From the human T2T-CHM13v2.0 reference genome, Homo sapiens: a stretch of DNA of 64,000 nucleotides. Under the pieces are notes generated by a model, which saw nothing but the letters and a program-made list of their open reading frames with translations, made no database searches and was not told the DNA's origin. Shown here one piece after another: positions 55,310-64,000 of the stretch; position 1 is the stretch's first letter, and each line of letters begins with the position of its first letter. Made by a program: the position numbers and the translations under genes. Location: the NCBI RefSeq assembly GCF_009914755.1, contig NC_060929.1; one strand, 5' to 3'.

Positions 55310-55631
55310 ATGCTATGGTTTGAATGTATCTCTCAAAACTCATGTGTTGAAAGCTTAATGCCCAATGGAACAGTATGGGCAGGTGGGGACCAATGGGAGG
55401 TGTATAGCTCATGAATGGAAACGCCACTATAAAAAGGGCCCATGGAAGCAGTTTCTATCTCTCTCTCCCTGCCCCCACCTCCTGCCATGTGAGAATACGG
55501 TGTTTCTCCTCTCTGGAAGACACAGTGCTCAAGGCACCACCTTGGAAGCAGAGAAACCAGGCCCTAACCTGCCAGCACCTTCATCTTGGATTTCCTAGCC
55601 TCTAGAACTATCAGAAAATAAATTTACATTC
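55310..55631 (+). mobile_element. MST-type LTR, 3' end missing
   Basis: tgctatggtttgaatgt...gccagcaccttcatcttggatttcctagcctctagaact...aaataaatttacattc. Confidence 0.85.
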
Positions 55632-55942
<311 letters not shown>

Positions 55943-55949
55943 CAGGTTT

Positions 55950-56765
55950 GTTTTAAATTTATTGAGGCTTGCTTCATGACTGAGCATGCGATTGATCTTA
56001 GAGAGTCTTACCTGTGCAGATGAGAAAAATGTATATTCTGTGGTTGTTGAGTGGAGTGTTCTGTAGAAAACTATTAGGTCTAACTGGTCAAGTGTTGAGT
56101 TTAAGTCCAGTTTCCTTGTTAATTTTCTGTGTTAATGATCTGTCTAACGCTGTCAGTGGGGAGTTGAGGTCTCCCTCAACTGTGTGGTTGTCTAAGTCAT
56201 GTTGTAGGCCAAGAAGAACTTGTGTTATGAATCGGTTGTTCCAACGTTGGGTGAATATATATTTAAGATAGTTAAGTCTTGTTGGATTGTACCCTTCATC
56301 ATTATATAATGGCCTTCATTGTCCTACTTAATTTTTATTGCTTTACCATTTGTTTTATCTAAGAATAGCAATGCCTGGGCTGGACGCGGTGGCTCAGACT
56401 TGTAATCCTAGCACTTTGGAAGGCTGAAGCAAGTGGATTGTTTGAGCACAGGAGTTGGAAATCAGCCTGGGCAACGTGGCAAAACCCCATCTCTACCACA
56501 AAATACAAAAATTAACCAGGTGTGGTGGTGCATGCCTGTAGTCCCAGCTACTCAGGAGGTTGAGGTGGGAGGATCACTTGGGAGGTTGAGTGCAGCGAGC
56601 CATAATCACACCAGTGCACTCCAGCCTCGGTGACAGAGCCCATCTCCAAAAAAAAAGAAAAAAAAAAAATGGTGACTTTTGCATGGTAGATATTTCTCCA
56701 TCCCTTTACTTTGAGCCTGTGGATGTTGTTACACGTGAGATGAGTCCTTGAAGATGGTGGGTCTT
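55950..56765 (-). mobile_element. L1PB/L1MA ORF2 endonuclease region, inverted
   Basis: gtgcagatgagaaaaatgtatattctgtggttgttg...tccatccctttactttgagcct. Confidence 0.85.
56377..56669 (+). mobile_element. AluJ
   Basis: Sense Alu inside the inverted L1. Confidence 0.9.
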
Positions 56766-56769
56766 GCCA

Positions 56770-57905
56770 CTGGATCAGAGATTTAAGTGTAAGGCCTCAA
56801 ACCATAAGAACTCTAAAAGAAAACCTAGGAAATACCATTCAGGACATTGGCCTTGGGAAACAATCTATGACTAGGTCGTCCTCAAAATCAATTGCAACAC
56901 CAACAAAAGTTGACAAGTGGGACCTAATTGAATGACAGAGCTTCTTCACAGCGAAAGACATTATTAACAGAGTAAATATACAACCTATGAAATGAGAGAA
57001 AATATTCCCCAACTATGCATCTGACAAAGGTCTAATATCTGCCTCTGTAAGGAACTTAAATCAACATGCAAAATATAAATAACCCTATTAAAAAATGGGC
57101 AAAAGATATAAATGGACACTTCTCAAAAGATACACAAGCAGACACACATGAAAAAATGTTCAGCATCACTAATCATCAAACAAATACAAATCAAAATCAC
57201 AATGAGACACCACCTTCCTCTTGCAAAAATGGCCATAATTAAAAAGTCAAAAAACGGTAGATGTTGGTAGGAATGTGGTGAAAAGGAAACACTCTTACTC
57301 TCCTAGTGGGGAATGTAAGTGAGCATAACCACTGTGGAAAACAGTATGAAGAGTCCTTAAAGAAATAAAAGTAGAACTCCCATTCAGTCCAGCAGCCCCA
57401 CTACTGGGTATCTACACAAAGGAACAGAAGTCATCCTGTGAAAAAGGCACATGCACATGCATGTTTGCACAATTCACAAGTGCAAAGACGTGGAACCAAC
57501 TTAAGTGCCCATCAACCAACGAGTAGACAAAGAAAACGTGGTATATATACACCACGGAATACCACTCAGCCATAAAAAGGAACAAAATAATGCCTTTTGC
57601 AGCAACTTAGAGGGAGCTGGAGGCCATTATTCTAAGTGAAGTAATTCGGGAATGAAAAACCAAAAATCATATGTTCTCACTTAAAAGTTAGAGATAAGCT
57701 ACACCGATAAAAAGGCCTAAGAATGATATAATTGACGCTGGGGACTCAGAGAGGAAAGGATGGGAGGGGGATGAGGGATGAAAGACTACATATTAGGTAC
57801 AGTGTACACTGCTCAGGTGACGGACCCACTAGAATCTCAGAACACATCCATGTAACTGAAAACCACCTGTACCCAAAAACTGTTGAAATAAAAATAAAAT
57901 TTAAA
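56770..57905 (+). mobile_element. L1PB-like 3' end
   Basis: ttgacaagtgggacctaatt...gagggatgaaagactacatattaggtacagtgtacactgctcaggtga...catgtaactgaaaaccacctgtaccc. Confidence 0.9.
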
Positions 57906-58039
57906 AAGTAATTATTCTTGGGGATCTGTTTAAAATGTACTGTCAATATTCCATGACCCGACTCCTTTAAATTCCCATTCAAAACCCTACAAATACTCAG
58001 AAACAGATTTAACATCTCAAACCATTGCAAAAAAATTCA

Positions 58040-58198
<159 letters not shown>

Positions 58199-58271
58199 TT
58201 ATAAAAAAATCACCCAGAGACAATGACTGTTAACATTCCTGGCTGGTGTATTTTCTTCCTGCTCCTGTTCC

Positions 58272-58597
<326 letters not shown>

Positions 58598-58694
58598 CCT
58601 GTTCCTTTTTTTACATGGAGGTGACATTTTCTGCTCCACCTAAGGAAGGTCATGGCCTACATGATTCTACATCACTTTATTGAAATATCATGAC

Positions 58695-59072
58695 AGCCTG
58701 GCACGGTGGCTCATGCATGTAATCCCAGCACTTTGGGAGGCCAAGGTGGTAGATCTCTTCATAGGGGGTTCGAGACCAGCCTGGCCAACATGGTGAAACC
58801 CTATCTCTACTAAAAACACCAAAAAGTTAGCTGGGCGTGGTGGTTCATGCCTGTAGTCCCAGATACTTGGGAGGCTGAGGCACAAGAATTGCTTCAACCC
58901 AGGAGACAGAGGTTGCAGTAAGCTGAGATTGTGCTGCTACACTCCAGCCTGGGTGACACAGTGAGACTCCAAAAAGAAAAAAAAAAAAGAAAGAAAGAAG
59001 AAAGAAAAGAAAGGAAAGAAAGGATCAAAGAAAAGAAAGGAAAGAAAGGATCAAAGAAAAGAAAAAAGAAAA
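58695..59072 (+). mobile_element. Alu with expanded GA-rich tail
   Basis: TSD gaaatatcatgacag. Confidence 0.95.
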
Positions 59073-59094
59073 CAGAAATATCATGACAGGCATC

Positions 59095-59215
59095 ATCACT
59101 CTAATTTCACCAACAGGGAAATTAACGCCTAGGGCAGGTTAAAGGCCACAGAGCTTAGAAGGGCCAGGACTGAATGTGAATGCAGGTCCCTGAGGCCAAG
59201 TTCCAGAATCTCACC
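59095..59215 (-). mobile_element. MIR fragment
   Basis: acagggaaattaacgcctagggcaggttaaaggccacagagc...gccaggactgaa. Confidence 0.5.
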
Positions 59216-59649
59216 ACGCCAGGATTCTTTCGAGGAAGTTCATTCCCTCATTCCTGTACACATTCACTTAAGCATGCCAAGGACCTTGTGGGTCCTGGCC
59301 TGTGACAGACCAGGGGTGACAGAGTCTAGCTGGCAGTAGTCCTGCCATCAACCAGCTTCCATTCTAAAGGCTTAATGTCTGCAACCCAGGGCGCCCACTA
59401 CCCAGCGTAGCCCAGCAGGGGTGAGTGGGGAAGGCGATATGCCCCTTCAAAAGGACTCACTCTCTGCCCAGCTGTCAGCACCTTCCGGGTCCCCTCAGCT
59501 CTCAGTTCGAGGCCACCCTCTTCCCTGGTGGCCAGTGACTGAGCAAGTGGTATCAGGGCCTTTTCTGTCTAACAGGGGACTCCTCTGTCAGGCACTTAGA
59601 TCCAGAGCTCCTCTGCTGGTGCCCTCTGCCCAATCCAGTTCCTCCCCAT

Positions 59650-59945
59650 TTATTTTTCTTTTTGAGACAGAGTCTTGCTCTGTTGCCCAGGCTGGAGTGC
59701 AGGCATGATCATAGCTCACTGTGGCCTCCAACTCCTGGGCTCAACTGATCCTCCCACCTTAGCCTCCTGAGTAATCGGGAATACAGACACCACGCCAGGC
59801 TAATTTTTTTTATTTTTATTTTTTTTGTAGAGACAGGGTTTTGCTATGTTGCCCAGGCTGGTCTCAAACTCCTGGCCTCAAGAAATCCTCCCACCTTGGC
59901 CTCCCCAAATGCTAGGATTTACTGGCATGAGCTACCATGCCCAGC
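59650..59945 (-). mobile_element. AluJ
   Basis: catgatcatagctcactgtggcctccaactcctgggctcaa. Confidence 0.92.
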
Positions 59946-60336
59946 TCCCTTCCTCCCCTTTGCTCTCCTAACTCCATCTCAGCATCTACCCCTGAGGACC
60001 AATGCAACAGGGCACTCAGTGCATCTGTGAACCTCCCATCAGTCCTGTGGTGGACTACTGTCCCCTCTGGTGCATTCTTTGTCCCCATCAGCCTAGTAAG
60101 CTCCAGGGGCTGGCAGCTGGCACAGAGTAGGAGGCTGCACTCCCTGACTTTTCTATGCTGCACACAGTCCTGTGACCATCTTGTCCTCAGACCTGCCAGG
60201 GCCATGACCAACCTGCCAAGGGTGTGGGAAACTGTGTGTGACCCAACTCTAGGAGGAGGTGGAGCAGGCGGAACGTAGGGGAAGCTGCTGCCCCAGTAGG
60301 TTTAGAGGAAGGGTGGGGTGTGGCAGGGCCAGGCAA

Positions 60337-60917
60337 GTGAGGGTGTGAGGGTGGGGGTGTGTGGGTGGGGGGTGTGTGGGGGGTGTGTGGGTGGGGGTGT
60401 GTGGGTGGGGGTGTGGGTGGGGGGTGTGTGGGTTGGGGTGTGAGGGTGGGGGGTGTGGGTGAGGTTGTGGGTGAGGGTGTGGGTGAGGGTGTGTGGGGGA
60501 GGGTGTGGGTGGGGGTGTGGGGGTGGGGGGGTGTGGGTGGGGGTGCAGGTGACGGTGTGGGTGGGGATGTGAGGGTGGGGGTGTGTGGGGGAGGGTGTGG
60601 GTGGGGGTGTGGGTGAGGGTGTGGGTCGGGGTGTGAGGGTGGGGGGGTGTGGGTGGGGATGTGAGGGTGGGGGTGTGTGAGTGAGGGTGTGGGTGGGGGT
60701 GTGGGCGAGGGTGTGGGTGGGGGTGTGGGGGGGAGGGTTTGGATGGGGGTGTGTGAGTGAGGGTGTGGGTGGGGGTGTGGGCGGGGATGTGAGGGTGTGG
60801 GTGAGGGTGTGGGTGAGGGTGTGGGTGGGGATGTGAGGGTGGGGGTGTGTGGGGGAGGGTGTGGGTGGGGGTGTGTGGGGGAGGGTGTGGGTGGGGGTGT
60901 GCGGGTGAGGGTGTGAG
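60337..60917. repeat. G-rich degenerate minisatellite (GGGTGT/GGGTGA/GGGGGTGT units)
   Basis: About 580 bp of almost only G and T on the + strand. Confidence 0.95.
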
Positions 60918-61603
60918 TGCCTGTCTGGCTCTCCTGGGTGGGGCTGGATGAATGTTTGGGCACAGGCAGCAGCTGTCACATGGCCTGGCTGTGGGTTTGG
61001 GACGGAAACCAAGTAGGTGGGCTGTATCAGGCACAGCTACAAACTGTGCCAAGGAAACAGTCAGAGCAGGGGCCCAGGGAAACTTCTGCCTTGGCAGAAG
61101 GTACTGGGGAGATGGGATGATCTGGGGAGGTCTTCCAAGGCCCATGGTGCTTCATGGAGCCAGGGCCCAGGGCAGGGAGGGCTATAACCCTGGCTTGCCT
61201 GATTGGCTGAACACAAACAGGATGGAAGGGGGTGTGAGCAGCCCGCTAGGTAGATGCCTAAGTGAGGAAGGAATGGGTGGCCACGTGGCTGAGACCCCCA
61301 AGACCAGGACCCCACTGTCAGGCCAGTGGCTTCCATAGGCCAGTAAGAAGCGTTCTCCTTTGGGCACTGAGGCCATCGGCTTCAGCTTCACACCCTTTTC
61401 CAAACAGACAGAAGTCCTTCAGGTAACCTCAAAAGTCACTTCTCCTGGCCTTCCCCAGAGGGGAAAGGAGAGAGCGGTGCTTGTGGCAGGGGGCCCTCAG
61501 AGCTGGTGGAGGGCACAGCAGAGAGACTGCTTGCATGTGGGAGGCCCCCAGCAGACCTTGCCCAGATGTCAGCCCTCGTTTGAGGCAAACTATAAAATTA
61601 TTA

Positions 61604-61770
<167 letters not shown>

Positions 61771-61771
61771 T

Positions 61772-62095
<324 letters not shown>

Positions 62096-63239
62096 CTATG
62101 TTCTTAACATTTTTGAAATGATAATTCATACTAAAAAATGTTACCAATATTAATGCACAAAGCATTTTATAAGTTTTAGACTATTAATAAAAGATACTAA
62201 AACTGAATTTAAGTATTTGTAGCCATAATTAACACTATAAGTTTGTATACTTATAATGTAGCAACTAATTATCCAAAAATTTAATAAATGACAAAATAAA
62301 ATTTTGCAAACAGATTTGTAATAACCAGAAAGAAATCTGTATTGGCAATTAATGTAACATAATAAAAATAATTTGTTATGGTCATCTGCTAAATGCTAAT
62401 TAATGTAAAATGTTAAAAGATTATCTTAATTATGACATCTTAATTTTTAATGGTTTTAAATATTATAAATATAATAAGGGGTTTCTAAATTTAAAAGAGG
62501 AACGACTAAATTTTTCAGAATTAGTTCATATTTCTTGTTGTACAATATAAGAACACCATTCCACTTTTCCTGTTAGATTAGGAACCCTCCCTTATTATCT
62601 CACTGAAGGAGAATGCTGGATGGTGCTACAAAGAAGGCAATCTAAGGACTCCAGAACTGAAGTGGCACTGCATGTCACTTCCCTAACTCAACTGAAAAAG
62701 CAGACAAAAACCTAGCGTTTTCTACCCTCAAGCCAGCAAGAAACACAGTCCAGGTAAGCTCGTTTCTTCCCCAGTGGAGCGGGAGTCTATCCAACAAGAG
62801 GCAACCATTCTGCCATGATCTTAGAGTAGAACTGTTCAGAAGTTTGCTAACAATAAGCAGCCAACATAGACACATTCTTTCTCTAGTAAATCTAAAATTC
62901 CCTTTTTCCCCAGAGGCACTGGGGTGCCTGAGGGGCATGTAGCAAAAGTGACCCCAGCCACACCACGCAAACTAGCCAGGAAACCTTTTTGTCTTCACAG
63001 ATCTGAGAGTCCCTGAGAACCCAGAGACAACACAGAGGCAGCAGGACATGAACAGGAGAGTCCCAGCATCAGTTCCTGGCCATAGAATCCCTCCTGAGCA
63101 GCAGGCAGGACAGAACCCCTTTCAGCAACCAGCCTGCCGGAGAAGCCTCTGCCCCTGTGGTGTGAGGATCCACTTCCCCCAGGTGACACCATGGGCAGGT
63201 GGGCTGAAGAAGTGGGAAGGCCAAATCGACTGGCCCAGG

Positions 63240-63432
63240 AGGATGCCTCTTTGATGATACAGGTGACACAGGTCTAAGCCTCCCTTCTTCCACAGGAGGC
63301 CCAGCCAGGATGCCTCTTTGATGATACAGGTGACACAGGTCTAAGCCTCCCTTCTTCCACAGGAGGCCCAGCCAGGATGCCTCTTTGATGATACAGGTGA
63401 CACAGGTCTAAGCCTCCCTTCTTCCACAGGAG
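63240..63432. repeat. 67-bp tandem repeat, about 2.9 identical copies
   Basis: aggatgcctctttgatgatacaggtgacacaggtctaagcctcccttcttccacaggaggcccagcc starts at 63240, 63307 and 63374. Confidence 0.95.
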
Positions 63433-64000
63433 AAACTAGGTGGCCCAGAGGCTGCCCAGAGGTAGGGGATCTGCCACAGCAGCCACCCTCCTGGGAGGTT
63501 CCCTTTCTTCTCCTTGATGAACTCCCTCCAACACACACCTTCCCAGGAAAGCACCCTTTATCTTGCATGGGAAGGGGATCCCACCACACCAAAACCCAGC
63601 CAAAGAAGCCTTTTGTTCCTTAAGGGATAAGTTATCAAAACAAACACAAGCAAAAAGACACACAACTAGTCACCCCCTAAATTCTGTTAAGAATGAGACA
63701 ATGCTGCCACTCACTCCTGGCTCAGGCACCAGCAGGAGGAGGACACCCTCCAGAAACTGCAGAAGAAAGGGGAGGACTCCTCCTTGCCCTGGCTGCACCT
63801 CCACCACTGTCACTGAGGCCTGCAGTACAGAACCAGCAGCTTCCTACACACCCCAGGCCAGGCCAGGCCCCAAAGCTCTCCTACTCCCCCTTCCCGGCCC
63901 CCAGACTTGCTGCTGTTACCACTATTACCGCCGATGCCAACACAACCAGTGCTTCTGTCACCTTCCATGCACCCACCCACCCTCCAGGGCTCCTTCCACC

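Noticed and set aside
60187-61145. ORFs of 236-298 aa rich in Pro/His/Thr
   Set aside because: Stop-free reading of the G-rich minisatellite in all three frames; no domain
63240-63432. Possible CRISPR-like array
   Set aside because: Head-to-tail identical units with no spacers, in eukaryotic DNA

Overview
Primate (almost certainly human) intergenic DNA dominated by interspersed repeats: about 50 Alu copies or monomers, several old L1M/L1PB elements, about 15 solo or partial ERV/MaLR LTRs, MIR/L2 relics and a full-span HSMAR2 mariner. No intact protein-coding gene is supported. The only gene-derived sequence recognised is a family-1-like olfactory receptor pseudogene (35860-37121) split by an AluY. 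Almost all ORFs in the track are Alu, L1 or low-complexity artefacts. I see no convincing new biological system. The items most worth checking are structural or regulatory: a probable ancient L1 3' transduction, a 7.3 kb genomic block inside an L1, TSD-less Alu junctions (one just upstream of the OR), a four-half-site p53 array in an LTR10, an EBF plus homeodomain cluster typical of OR regulatory elements, a G-rich minisatellite and a young 67-bp tandem repeat. Repeat subfamily names are recalled by eye and boundaries are approximate unless a TSD is quoted.
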